Of a stretch of 64,000 nt of DNA, positions 44,741 through 56,311 are shown piece by piece. The notes below the pieces were generated by a model. That model was given only the letters and a program-made list of their open reading frames with translations, was not told the origin of the DNA and ran no database searches. Source of the DNA: Corallochytrium limacisporum Hawaii (Eukaryota > Protista > Pluriformea); the NCBI GenBank assembly GCA_002811645.1, contig PDIP01000019.1:41163-105162 (forward strand), written 5' to 3'. A program made the translations under genes and the position numbers. Within the stretch, counting starts at the first letter, position 1. Each line of letters begins with the position of its first letter.

Positions 44741-45198
44741 CGTGTCACCTCCTCCCTTCCCCTACCCCGGATAACTCGTCTATTCCCCGATTCGGTACTA
44801 ACTCTTTCGCAAGTTCGGACCCAGTTAGGCCAAGTTCCATCGGGAGAGTTTTGATATTGTGCCAGCTCTCCTCCCCCTTTATTTCTCTTTTCTCTCTTTC
44901 TCCTCCCATCCTCGGGTAACGTCCTTGCCCTTGGCACCACCGGTCCGGGTCCATTAACCCAAAATGCCTATAAAACAACCAAAAAGAATACACGAGCGAG
45001 CGAGAGAGAGAGATAGCAGGTTAACCCCCCTCCCCTTCCACCCCGGGTGATTTTGTTTTTCCAAAGAGAAAAAGTGGGACGGTCTGGTTGGTTAGTAATG
45101 CGCCCCACCCTGTGTTTTCGGTTTGTGTACGTACGTACGTAGGTACGTATTGTGCGCGTGTGTGTCTGCGTGTGGTTTGGATTGATTGATCGGACTTC

Positions 45199-45201
<3 letters not shown>

Positions 45202-45243
<42 letters not shown>
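45202..45243. repeat. (TC)n microsatellite
   Basis: Uninterrupted TC dinucleotide run, seen directly. Confidence 0.95.
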
Positions 45244-45245
<2 letters not shown>

Positions 45246-46530
45246 ACTTCTGCTATTTTTTTCCTTTTTGGTCTTGACACCGGAGCTCTTTCTTCCATCT
45301 CTGGCCAGAGTTTTGGAATCCCGGAAGGTCGGATCAGATAGGCCATTCATTACCAGAATGTGGAACACGGAAAACGGGAAGAAGGGAGTGAACCCTGTGC
45401 ACTTGGGCAAAAAGGGGAAGAGAGAGCGAGCCGTAAGCAGCGGAGAACGGTCCGGGTTTCGGGCACGCTTCTTCGGTGTATACTGGCCCGCAAAAATGGG
45501 CAAATGACCCCCCTTCTCTCCCCCTTTCTCTCTCTCTCTCTCTCTCTCTCGCTCTCCCACCCACGACCGTGCCTGTGCCTATGGCCTGTAAATGGCCAAA
45601 GAGAAAACCGAAGAAAGAAACGGAATCGGACACCTAAACCATTAAAATTGAGGACCGGGACGAGATCCAAGACCTAGTCTGGCCCTTCCGACTTGGGCGG
45701 AGTGTACGAAAAGTCGCCAACCGCGTACCTGATTTCGTAATACATTTACTATGTTACATGTGCCGATAAACCATAATGGAGCACTTTACACATGTCCCGT
45801 CTGGGGGTAATCTCTTATCTTTGCTGTCGATTTCCGTTTAATTGTCCGCCCCCTTTGGTATTGTGTACCAAAACCACCAAAGCCTACCACCAACCGAGCA
45901 CAACGACAACGACCGAGGAGGAGGAGGGGTGGAGGGGCCAGCCGAAGCGGGACAGCGGAACCTTGAGCAGAAGTACAAAAACAAAATGCAAACCCCCGTC
46001 TCCCGGTTGGCAAAAAAAACGGGCCAAAAAGTTTGTGGTGCGGAGGCCCAGGAGGGAGAGAGCACCCGGGGAGGGGTCCCGTTCCGTCCCCTGCCTTAGA
46101 AGCACGAGTACGCAGCACAAGAGCGAGATCGGGGAGCGAGCGAGCCGAGCCGAGCAGAGAGAGGATGGGCCAGGGGAAGGAAGGGAAGAATGACCAGCGC
46201 TTTTATGGTTGAGTCAGTAGAAAAAGTGGGGAAGTCAGAGAAGGAAGAAAGAGGAAAGGAGGGTTGGGCGGGGCGGAGGGCGGGAGGGAGCAAGTCGGTA
46301 GTAGAGAGAGAGAGAGAGTCGATTGGGGACCAAAGGGGAACCGACGGAGGTCCCATTTTCTTGCCAAAGAGGTGAAGGGGGAGAAGGGGCGGGTTTACGC
46401 AAGCACAGCCGCCTTTGCGTGTGTCCTCGGAGCCTCGGTTGGCTGGGTAGGCGCTCCGTAATCTGACCTGCTGGCTCCTCTCTTTCTATTCCGGGTGAAT
46501 GGGGTGGGTGGTGGTACTATGATTCCTCTC

Positions 46531-46760
46531 GTAGAGGTTACGGATAAAGCCACAGACACGCATTCCGGGATTAGCTATCCTTAGGAGGGGGCTGGATCAA
46601 CTGCGCACACCATGCTCGCTGACTGGGTGTGTGATGCCCACCGTGTCTACGTGCACATTCACCACACAGACATTGATTTGCGTATCGCCGTGTATGCGGT
46701 TGAATTGTCTGAGCGTATAGATACTTCGCTCTGTCCTATCTGGGCAAACTTGGGGTTCAT
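46531..46760 (+). mobile_element. Possible integrase-core fossil
   Basis: VEVTDKAT...STAHTMLADWVC...HIHHTD (one internal stop) resembles LVxVDxxT...AxxLLxxWxxxxGxPxxIHSD. Confidence 0.35.
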
Positions 46761-48423
46761 GTGGGAGGCACATGCATCACTCTCTTTTTGATACACTCCC
46801 CAGCTTGTTTGTTGGTACGTATGAAGTGTGTGCGTGTGTGTTTGTGTGGGTGTGGGTGTGCAGTGTTTGCGAGTGTGTACGTACGGTATCTTACACTCAG
46901 ACCTACCATGATAAGTCCTGGAATTCGCCTTGAAAAGGGAGGTGGTTGGTATTGGTGTGAGTGATTATGTGGCGGCCCAGTGCATGCAAAATCTCTCTAC
47001 TCCACATCGCTAATCCCCAATCTCCCACCCTCCCCCGGGGGGGGGGGCAACCGATCATCCTCTGAGAAACCGTTTGGCCAATCCATCTAATTAGGTTAGC
47101 AGTTATTGTTAAAAGGGTCGAAGGTATGGGTAGTAAATGGACTCCCTTACCATCCACCTGAATCAAAGGAAAAAGTAAAAGGGCAGGCAAATGGGCACCT
47201 AACCTACCCCGCTTGTCGGCCTGTTTCGCAGTAGTGGGACCAAGGTCTAAAAAAAAAGCTCGTCCCATGGCCCAACCAGCGAGCCACTGGGCCCCCCCAT
47301 TTTTCTTGCCAAATTTGAGGGGGGCAGAAAAGTATTGACATTGCAAGAAATTTGTTTCCGCCCAAAAAAAAAAAGTTTGGTTTGAGAACTGGCATTAAGC
47401 TAATTTGTTCCTGTTTGCGTCCATTAGGGCCGGGTTTCAATCGGCGGTCGCTCGCTTGTCCTCTGAAATTCATAGTGAATGTACCATTGGCCATCACGTC
47501 CTTCTGACGGCCCCGATTGTGGGGTGGTGCTGTCGATGCGCCCAACCGGGGGCTTAGTCATTTCCAGTACCGGTGGTACTGAATATAAGATATACTTTCC
47601 TCGGTCAGGAGCGGTCAGATCCTTCTTGCGCGACATCGCCCTCGCAGTGTTCCATAGCCGAGCAACCGGCAAGCGCAGGTTGGGCCCTTCCCTACATTCA
47701 TTACCGAGGCGGCTCCCCCGGGCCCTTACCGGCTCGACCGTGACCGAAACATAAACCCCCCCCCCCGTCCGGACACAAGAAAAACTCTTCGCGCCCGTGA
47801 TACACCGCCGAAGATTTGAAAGGGGGGCCGGTTGGTTAGGTACAAGGAAGGGGGTCTCGCGGCCCACCGGATCCCCTGCAGGTAAGGCCCCACCACCACC
47901 GGCGATCTTGCCGGGCGAGAAGCGATGACTGATCCTCCCTCCCGCCGCGAAGGACAAGGTGGGAAGGCGACCCGGCAAAGACAAAGGGGGAAGTCTTTGT
48001 GAGAGCTTCCGATCCGTGACAAAGGTAGGCGATCGCATTCGTTCTTAGTGTTCGGGCGTTTCAGTTTGGGTCTTAATTGGCTTTTGAGGGTTTCCCATTT
48101 CCCTTGCCATCGGTGTGCTGTTGTTTGCGATTGTTTTGTGCCCATGGCTTCTGGGGGTTTCGAATGCGGCCATGGGATGGTTTGAATACAGGCGACGATC
48201 ACTGAATGAGATCTTGATAGGAGGTATAAAAAGCCGGGCCTGCCTTGTCAGTACGGATCTACACAAGGCACCTTTAGTTTACCACGGATATATTCAACGA
48301 CCCATAGAAGTTTTGGCTACTTGTTGCAACCTCGCATCTTCGAGTTGAAGATCAGGACCCAGGGGCCATTTTCCTTTACTTTAGCTTTTTACATTCCGCG
48401 CTTATCTTGTCAATCAGAACACT

Positions 48424-49272
48424 ATGCCATTCCAGCAATCTACTGAAGACCTCGCCTCTCGGGACCTTGGCAAGGCTAGGGATGCCTACATGGAAGGCGA
48501 TGCTGAAGCCAGCCGCGCCGCCCACACCGTGACGATCTATGAGGCAACCGAGTCACACAAGGTCGGAACCGGTGGTTACATCAAATCCGCTGTGTTTGGT
48601 GGTATGGACGGTATCATCACCACCTTTGCCATTGTCTCTGGTATTGCCGGCGCTGATCTCTCCAGCGAGCTCGTTCTTGTTCTCGGCATTGCCAACCTGC
48701 TTGCCGACGGTATCTCCATGGGCTTCGGTGACTTCATCTCCAGCCAGGCTGAGAACGAGTACGCTCATTACGAGCGCAAGCGGGAGGCATGGGAGTTTGA
48801 GAACTACCCTGAAGGCGAGATCAATGCAATGGTGGAGATTTACACCTCCAAGGGAGTCGAAAAGGGCGATGCGGAGCAGATCCTGCAGCTCATGTCCAAA
48901 TACCCCGATTTCTTCGTGGATCATATGATGGTGCAGGAACTTGGCATCATGATGCCGGACGAGGACGACAGCCCTGCAAAGGACGGTCTGGTCACCTTCA
49001 CTTCCTTCCTCATCTTTGGATCCTTCCCTCTGATTGCCTACACCATCTTTGAGGAAATTGACATCGAAGGTGACTTCAATTGGCCGTTCTTCTTCGCCTG
49101 TGTGGTGACTGCAATTGCCCTTTTCGCTCTCGGTACGATCAAGGGCTTGCTGACCAACAAGAACAAGTGGGTCAGTGGTCTTTGGGTCCTGCTCAACGGT
49201 GCTCTCGCTGCCGCTGCTGCGTACTTCATCGGTTTCGGTCTGCGTGGCCTGGTCGATGAGGAGTGCTCTTGA
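48424..49272 (+). CDS. VIT1: VIT1/CCC1 family vacuolar iron/manganese transporter
   Basis: VFGGMDGIITTFAIVSG, GIANLLADGISMGFGDFIS, metal-binding region ERKREAWE...PEGE...MMVQELG, TFTSFLIFGSFPL. Confidence 0.93.
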   Translation: MPFQQSTEDLASRDLGKARDAYMEGDAEASRAAHTVTIYEATESHKVGTGGYIKSAVFGGMDGIITTFAIVSGIAGADLSSELVLVLGIANLLADGISMGFGDFISSQAENEYAHYERKREAWEFENYPEGEINAMVEIYTSKGVEKGDAEQILQLMSKYPDFFVDHMMVQELGIMMPDEDDSPAKDGLVTFTSFLIFGSFPLIAYTIFEEIDIEGDFNWPFFFACVVTAIALFALGTIKGLLTNKNKWVSGLWVLLNGALAAAAAYFIGFGLRGLVDEECS

Positions 49273-49682
49273 AAAGGGGACGATGATAGTTTGGCGCGGC
49301 TCTCTTGATAAGAGATCGTCGCGCCTTGATTCCTCACATCAATATAATTTACATTTTTTTGTCTGTTTTGTAATCTATTCATCACCTTTGACATATATTG
49401 ACGTAAATGGTCTCCTTGTCTCCCTGTGACCCAATGGCTCTTCTCCAGCAGAACATCGCCCCAGAGCGAAACCTCTCTCGGGATCTGCCGACTGCCCGCC
49501 CGTGCCCGTACGGAGTCAGACGGGGTGGGGCGAAGAGGCAGGGCGGTGATGGGAGAGCGCTGAACCCTTGCTCACACAACGCTCGGGCCTCCCTCCCTTT
49601 TTTTTTTGGTCTTATTTTGCCTTTCATTTCTTTTCTTGTCTTTCGTGTCTTCTTCGGCCGGCGGGGCGCCAAAGTAACGCCC

Positions 49683-49789
49683 GGGGGGGGGGGGGCGGTT
49701 TCCGGATTTTCGCTTGCGAGCAATCCAACACCCCCCCCCCTCCCTGCCGCAGCAGTGAGGGGAGCCCAGTGGGGTGACCCACTGCGGTT
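49683..49789. repeat. 107-bp GC-rich dispersed repeat, copy 2 (possibly a gap-filling artefact)
   Basis: The match starts exactly at a G13 run and ends exactly at the N-gap at 49790. Confidence 0.7.
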
Positions 49790-51011
49790 NNNNNNNNNNN
49801 NNNNNNNNNNNNNNNNNNNNNNNNNNNNNNNNNNNNNNNNNNNNNNNNNNNNNNNNNNNNNNNNNNNNNNNNNNNNNNNNNNNNNNNNNNNNNNNNNNNN
49901 NNNNNNNNGGGGGGGGGTCCAAGGCACAGGCAGCCCCGAGGCCTCCCACCGCCGCTTCCTTCCGTTCCCACCACCGCCAAAGTCGCGCCCCGGGGAAGCA
50001 CAGAGGGCCGTATCCCCCGCTTTTTTCCATTTTGCAAAGCTGGCAAGAATCGCGTGTTGCGTGCGTTTGTGTGCGCGACTGGAGGGAGAGACGAGTACCC
50101 GCCCGTGCGACTGCGTTGTGTGCGTGCGTGTGTCTCTGTGTGTGCTGTGTCTCTCTCTCTGTCTCTCTCTGTGGCTTTCTTTTCAGGTGGACGGACAGAG
50201 GCGGAGGACGGCCCTGCCGACCGAACGGGGGAAAGGCGGCCGCCGGGGAAACCATAACAGCGGGGAAGCTTTGTGCTGCTGCCAAACCCTCCCTCCCTCT
50301 CTCTCCCCTCCGGGGGGAAGGTTTGCGCCCTCTCACCTGCGAGGGAAGCCGAGCCAAAAACGAGAAACCGAGGACAAGAGAAAGGGGGGGGGGCCAAGCG
50401 GGTGTGCGCTGGGAACGCGGGAGCGGGGGCCGTTTGGGAGGGGGGGAGTTTGTTACGCTTCGGGCAGAGAGCAAAGTATCTCCGGCCGGTGTGTGTTAAA
50501 CTGTGCAACGCGCTTAAGGCCCTGGGACTCTTTGTGGGCTTTGTGTGTTGAGGAGGGCGGTAGCACAAAAGCCGGTCAGGTCTGGCTCTCCTCTCACCCT
50601 CCCGGCTCACCCCTCGCTCCGCCTCCCTGACGAAAGCGTCTGGCTGAAACTTTGTGTGTGGAGGCCGTGTGTTTTCTTAATTTTGGTTTTGGGTAGATGT
50701 TCGGTTGACCCAGGGTATCACGAAGGAGCGCAAGGGTATAATGACGTGTTTTTGTGATGGTTCCACGCACTCTTCCGTCACCTGCCGTATAAACCCAGTA
50801 ACGTAGCCTAGCTGGGTTTCTCTCACGGATGCCCGGCACCTTTGGCTATTTCAGAACGACAGAACATTCGTCTGGGTCTGAGTATGAAGGGTGTCGCCTT
50901 GGTCATAACCGGGTGACTTTTCCACGACCAGGCATCCGCAGATGTAAGGGAACTATCCGGAGTTTTGGTGCAATTTCAAACAGCGCATAAGCCAAAACAA
51001 TAAGCACAACC

Positions 51012-52076
51012 ATGGGGTTCGATCCCCGTGACACCGCTGCCGGTATGGTGGGCAGCATCTGCAATGTCTACGCCGGCCTTCCCTTCGACACTGTCAAGGT
51101 GCGACTGCAGACGCAGAAAGTGGGTGCCCAAGGAAACTATGCCGGCGTCTACGACGCTTTCGCCAAAATCGGCTCCAAAGAAGGCATCCCGGCCTTTTGG
51201 AAAGGCGCGACCGCTGCCCTGGCCTCTGCAGTCACTGAGAATTCTGTACTGTTTACCGCCAATGGTTTTATTCGGAGACAATACATTGCGTACAAGTACG
51301 CGATCCCGTTGGATGCGGTGCCATCGGAAGAAGAGGAGGTGGCCACCGCGGTGGCCGATGCGGCTGCAGCTGGGGTGCCCGGCTACGAGGGCGGTGACAG
51401 TGAGCCGAGCAATGGACCTGGAGAGCATAAGGAAACTGTGCGGGAACAGCGCGCACACATCCGGCTGGGTTCCCTAGAATATGCAGCTATTGGTGGCCTG
51501 AGTGGTATTCTCAGTGCAACGGCCATCTGTCCCTCGGAAGTGGTCAAGATCCGTCTGCAGAACCAACGGTCTGCAGCTGGCGCCGGCGCCAAGATCCAGT
51601 CTCCGGTACAGATCGCGCTGAACCTGCTGCGCACTGAGGGACCACTCGGCTTCTTTCGTGGTTGGGGTGCCATTGTGCCGCGTGATATCGTCTTCAATTT
51701 CTGTTTCTTTGGAGCCTATGAAACGATCTGTACGAATGCCTTGAGCCTGACGGGACGGCCCGCTGACAAGGCACTGCTCAACCCACTGGAAGTGGTAGTC
51801 TACGGTGGATTGGCGGGTATGACAGGATGGAGTCTGATGTTTCCATTCGATGTGGTCAAGAGCCGGCAGCAGAGCGTGAGCAATGAATTCAAGGGGAACG
51901 CCTTATCAATTCTGCGGCGGATTATTGCAGAGGAGGGCATGCAGCGACTATATCGTGGCTGGTCTGCGGCGGTGTTCCGGGCATTCCCGGCGAATGGAGC
52001 GCTGTTCTTGGGTTATGAAATGACGGTTAAGACCCTGCACCAGGCATTCCCACGGAAAGACGGTCTTAAGGTTTGA
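51012..52076 (+). CDS. SLC25A15: Mitochondrial carrier, ornithine/basic amino acid carrier-like (SLC25A15/ORT1)
   Basis: Three Px[D/E]xx[K/R] motifs (PFDTVKVRLQ, PSEVVKIRLQ, PFDVVKSRQQ) and ornithine-carrier-type segments ENSVLF and RAFPANGALFL. Confidence 0.85.
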   Translation: MGFDPRDTAAGMVGSICNVYAGLPFDTVKVRLQTQKVGAQGNYAGVYDAFAKIGSKEGIPAFWKGATAALASAVTENSVLFTANGFIRRQYIAYKYAIPLDAVPSEEEEVATAVADAAAAGVPGYEGGDSEPSNGPGEHKETVREQRAHIRLGSLEYAAIGGLSGILSATAICPSEVVKIRLQNQRSAAGAGAKIQSPVQIALNLLRTEGPLGFFRGWGAIVPRDIVFNFCFFGAYETICTNALSLTGRPADKALLNPLEVVVYGGLAGMTGWSLMFPFDVVKSRQQSVSNEFKGNALSILRRIIAEEGMQRLYRGWSAAVFRAFPANGALFLGYEMTVKTLHQAFPRKDGLKV

Positions 52077-52359
52077 ACTCTGACCAGATCACCATGATCA
52101 GGTAGGCTCATCGGACTGGGCCGTATAGTTTAGGTTTCCATGGGAGAATTGTACCGATCTCACCAGCAAGCAACACCTGCAGTAGTGCGCTAAACAAAGG
52201 AAGAAACAGACGCTCCCGATTCAAACTTGCTGTTCTTCCAGATGTTCATGTTTGTATGTATTATGACGATGTAGTAGTTGTAAAATACAAGTGTAATTGA
52301 TTCGAAAACACACACAGAACGGTAGTGATGAACTCCATCAGACGACATGTGCCTTTAGC

Positions 52360-55300
52360 TTAGTCCCCCAGGGCCGATCGCTTTCCAGACTGCTCCCTCT
52401 CGCGCACCCCTGCCGCTCGGGCGATCCATTTGCCAGCTGCACGATCGTAGACTCCACGACCCGGCTCCCCGGCAAGCTTGCGTCGCATCCATCGGCGCGT
52501 GAGTAGATGCTTGCCTTGCAACTTCGGATCCTCCCAGACGTGCGGTTTGTCGATGCCGTAGCCGAGGATGGACGGTCTGGACTGAAGGATGCGATCGTTG
52601 TCCCACAAACCCTTGGGGTCTCCAAGTTGCATGCACAACTCCTTGACGTGGTGCCAGTCTGTGATCAGACGGTTCTGTCGCAAACGATCCAGGAAAAGTG
52701 ACATTTTCAAAGGATCGGGAGTGATGCCCACGCTGGTCATGCGCTCCATCGTTTCAATGCCGCGGTCATAGAAGCCCTCGAGGCCGCATGCGTGAATGAA
52801 GTAGTAGCATGACTGCTCGTCTACGCCGTTCGTTCCAGACGTCTCCACAGGAATGCGATCCAACAATTGCTGGGCGTAGCCCATGTGGCCCGTATTCGTC
52901 GCGCAGTGAATCATGGTGCGGAAAGCCGCGACAGGCAGGAACGGTTGACAGTAGTCTGGTAAGACCTGCTCAAAGACGTGTCGCGCACCCTCGTAGTCGA
53001 GGTTATGTGTCCAGATGCGCAGGTACGAGAGTGCATTGACAGGACCAATCTTGACGCCCATGTTCTCTGCCTCGAGTAGGCGCTGGTTGGCGAACTCCTT
53101 AAGCATGGCCGATGGATAGAAGGTACCGCTGCGAATGATATCCTGGTTGTCGTTCAGGGTCTCATCGAGCAGCTGACCCAACTCGTATTTGGACAATGGG
53201 AACTCACGCACAGCCTCTGGAGAAGTGTTGGGCAATGTCGCGTCATTGTTGGGAGCATTGGTTGTAGCCATGGTGTCTGGAATGGCCTCCTGGTAGACAC
53301 TATTGTTATTGTCATCCTCATAGGCGCCGAGGGCCTCGTCACCCAGCACAGCGTTTCTGTAGAACTCAGGGTCCTCAACGGAGACTGGATCCGGCGAAGC
53401 TGTGCCATCAACATCGCCTAGCGCCTCCCTGATGCGCTCCTGTACCTCTTTCATCGCCAGTTGACGGTGCATCTGCACCTCAGTGTTCGGATTCAGTGCC
53501 CGCTTCTGGAATGTGTAACGTGCATGGATGGCGTATGTGTGTAAGAGGTCACCAATAGAGTCAGTGATGAATTTGCTGGCCTGGTCCCGTCCCATTCCGC
53601 CACCAACCTGACGAAATCTGCGGTCCGCCACTTCTGCGGGCAGCAGATAGTTGTGGAAGATGTTGTGGGCCAGATCAACGTGCCCAGCATTTGCGGCAGC
53701 CTTCAACAGTAGCGCCATCGTTGTGGGGCTCACCTCCATTCCCAGGGCCTTCATTTCTTCGACCAGAAGCTGCGAACGATTTACGAAATCCATACGCTGG
53801 GCATACACTTTCAGCAAAGCCTCATAGTGCGTCTCGTTGGGATTATAGCCCAGGGTGTATAGATCATCAAAGAAGAGCTTGGCCTTCTCCGCCATACGAC
53901 GTCGCTCGCAGGCCTTGATCAAGGTCAGGATCGTGCTGTCAGTGGGACGGTACAGCTTCCCACGGACCATCTCCGAATAGACTTGGTGGGCTTTTTCGTC
54001 CTCACCATTGGCCACCAGACCCTCGAGAAGTTTGTTGTAGGTTTCCAGGGAGACCAGTGCATAGTCGCCGATCAGTTGACCGCGGCGTTGCAACAGTTCC
54101 AGATAGTTCACTAGATCAATCATGCGGTCTGGTAGACCCAAGTTGGAGTACATGTCCAGGGCATGGAGGTAGTCGTCATGATTTGGGACCTGACTCATAA
54201 CTCGCATGAGATCGTAGGTTCTGAAGAAGATCTCAGGACGAACTGCCCAGGCACTGAAACCCAGAACATTACGAAGAAACCTGTCTGTGGTTTCATGCAT
54301 CTGTTCAAGCTGTTTCTTCCCCGAGAGCGACAGGTTCCTGTTGGACAACGTATCCAAGGCTTCTAGCTCCATGATTCCTTGCAAGCCTTGCTCCACAGCC
54401 CGTGTGACCTCACCATGGAATCCCATATGTTCCTTTTGCTGAATTTTTTCCATCGCTTCGTTCGCGTTCAGCATCGAATTCGCGGCACTGTTCCAGACTG
54501 AAATGACCCGTTTCACGTCATCGTCGGGCGCGGAAGACGAAAAATGATTCTTTAGTAGCCGCAAGTTGGTGACGTTGGGAACGTGGTCCCTTTGTATCTC
54601 TTCTTGCCATGAGTTGTAGTCACTTGTGTAGTCCTTACCGGGCGCTCCTGCACTTTCCGCGGATGCAGACTGTGCCGCCTCTTCTGACATGACACTGTCC
54701 ACCTCTTCGAACGATAGGTTCTGGGTACCCTCAGTTTCTCCAAGCAGCTCTCGAGAGTTTCCATGCATCAGAGCCATGTAAACGTTTGCAACATCAGCCT
54801 TGTAAAACATGTTATCATTATCAGGCCGATCGACAAATTTGCCCTCCTTGACCGATAGCAGTAGATCCCGGATGACATACTTTGGTACCCCGAGCACGGG
54901 AGCTAGGCGTGATTTGTTGACAGACCGTTTCATTTCCTCACGGCCCTCTTCTTCAGCCAATTTGCGATCTCGTACATCACGGTCAATAAACATGCCTTTG
55001 TACCCTGCTGCAACCAAAAGTGTACCACTACGCTTCAGTTCCTTACGGAGATCATCAAATCGCTTTGTCTCCCAAAAAGGCCCTTTGGCCAGACCTGTGT
55101 CACCATCGTATTCCTCACGGAACGTGACTGGTGTACCCTTGTCATTCTGGTACCGCCGCTGCAGCAGGCTCATTCGCGGATCTGTCCCAGCAGCAATTTC
55201 ACCTTTCAAGATGGCCTGTTCCTTTATATAGTATTCACGACGTTCCTCGTGCTGTTCCATAGCCTGGACGACCGTCTCCAGTAGCGCATCACCTCGTACG

Positions 55301-55527
55301 GCTCTCGTGATTCGCTGTTTCGTAATACTATGAAGCCGTGCTTTTTCTTTGTAGGGATCTGAGGGCATAATCTGCCTATCTGGCTCTTCTTTAGCTGAAT
55401 CAGACTCAAAGACTAGGGTCGTCGTGTCCTCAAATCGTGATGACTGCCACCGGCGTGCGACGGAAGCCACTGGGGCACGGCTTCCCGCGAAATAGACATG
55501 GCGCCCGCGCCACAGCATTCTATTCAT
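52360..55527 (-). CDS. Pentatricopeptide-repeat protein, probably mitochondrial
   Basis: First ATG at 55527 (MNRMLWRGR..., presequence-like). 35-aa repeats TYNKLLEGLVANGEDEKAHQVYSEM, PNETHYEALLKVYA, CYYFIHACGLEGFYDRGIETMERMTSVGITPD. Confidence 0.88.
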   Translation of the reverse strand: MNRMLWRGRHVYFAGSRAPVASVARRWQSSRFEDTTTLVFESDSAKEEPDRQIMPSDPYKEKARLHSITKQRITRAVRGDALLETVVQAMEQHEERREYYIKEQAILKGEIAAGTDPRMSLLQRRYQNDKGTPVTFREEYDGDTGLAKGPFWETKRFDDLRKELKRSGTLLVAAGYKGMFIDRDVRDRKLAEEEGREEMKRSVNKSRLAPVLGVPKYVIRDLLLSVKEGKFVDRPDNDNMFYKADVANVYMALMHGNSRELLGETEGTQNLSFEEVDSVMSEEAAQSASAESAGAPGKDYTSDYNSWQEEIQRDHVPNVTNLRLLKNHFSSSAPDDDVKRVISVWNSAANSMLNANEAMEKIQQKEHMGFHGEVTRAVEQGLQGIMELEALDTLSNRNLSLSGKKQLEQMHETTDRFLRNVLGFSAWAVRPEIFFRTYDLMRVMSQVPNHDDYLHALDMYSNLGLPDRMIDLVNYLELLQRRGQLIGDYALVSLETYNKLLEGLVANGEDEKAHQVYSEMVRGKLYRPTDSTILTLIKACERRRMAEKAKLFFDDLYTLGYNPNETHYEALLKVYAQRMDFVNRSQLLVEEMKALGMEVSPTTMALLLKAAANAGHVDLAHNIFHNYLLPAEVADRRFRQVGGGMGRDQASKFITDSIGDLLHTYAIHARYTFQKRALNPNTEVQMHRQLAMKEVQERIREALGDVDGTASPDPVSVEDPEFYRNAVLGDEALGAYEDDNNNSVYQEAIPDTMATTNAPNNDATLPNTSPEAVREFPLSKYELGQLLDETLNDNQDIIRSGTFYPSAMLKEFANQRLLEAENMGVKIGPVNALSYLRIWTHNLDYEGARHVFEQVLPDYCQPFLPVAAFRTMIHCATNTGHMGYAQQLLDRIPVETSGTNGVDEQSCYYFIHACGLEGFYDRGIETMERMTSVGITPDPLKMSLFLDRLRQNRLITDWHHVKELCMQLGDPKGLWDNDRILQSRPSILGYGIDKPHVWEDPKLQGKHLLTRRWMRRKLAGEPGRGVYDRAAGKWIARAAGVREREQSGKRSALGD

Positions 55528-56311
55528 CTTACTTTCTTTAAAACTACCTACCAATCAGGTGGCACGTGAAGATTGAAAATTGAAAATCAACTGTTCACAT
55601 ATTCTCAACCGGGCCGCCTACCTGTGACCCGAGGTGACCCCTTGGCCAACATCGTAGTTTCCTCTCGAGACAGCTTCGTGCTAGGTCTTGGGCTTCTATT
55701 GAGAATCGGAAGATGGTTTAACTTGGTGCAAGTGTGCTTCCAATTACCTTATGTTACACGCACATGATCCCCAAACTGTGGGCCCGATGTACCGATCTCT
55801 CCACCCCGTTTCAGACCCAAGGGAAACCCGCTCCTTCGCTTCGCAGCGCCAGAGATCGCTCACAACTGCCATGTGACGGGAAGCGGCCATAGTCAATATA
55901 CCGCACCGAGCAATTCTCAATAGCCAATGTACCATTCGCACCCACCTGTGTCCCAAGGTATTTATACACTGATACCCTAACTAGTAATGTTATGAATTAA
56001 TGTCTGAGCACACAACAGGGGGAGGATGGGAAGGGAAGGGGTTCGTGGCCGCCATCACTTGTCCTGAAACAAATTGGAGCCCGCATTTGCTCAGGTGCTC
56101 TTCACTTGCAGGGTTGTGACAGTCCGTGCATCCTCGTAGCAGGGTTATGTACCGATTCTACCCGCTACCAGAACCGTATGATTTACCCCAACCATAACAT
56201 ATTACTGCTTTTGATCCAACTTGCAGTGTCCTTATCTTTTGACACACCGAATGTCACAAGAGCGTTCTAGGTACATGTTCTCAATGCTTTGACTTCTACT
56301 ACACACAGACA

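Noticed and set aside
48115-48348. ORF just upstream of VIT1 with CLVSTDLHKA (RT-like)
   Set aside because: Single weak motif and a non-ATG start; probably leader sequence.
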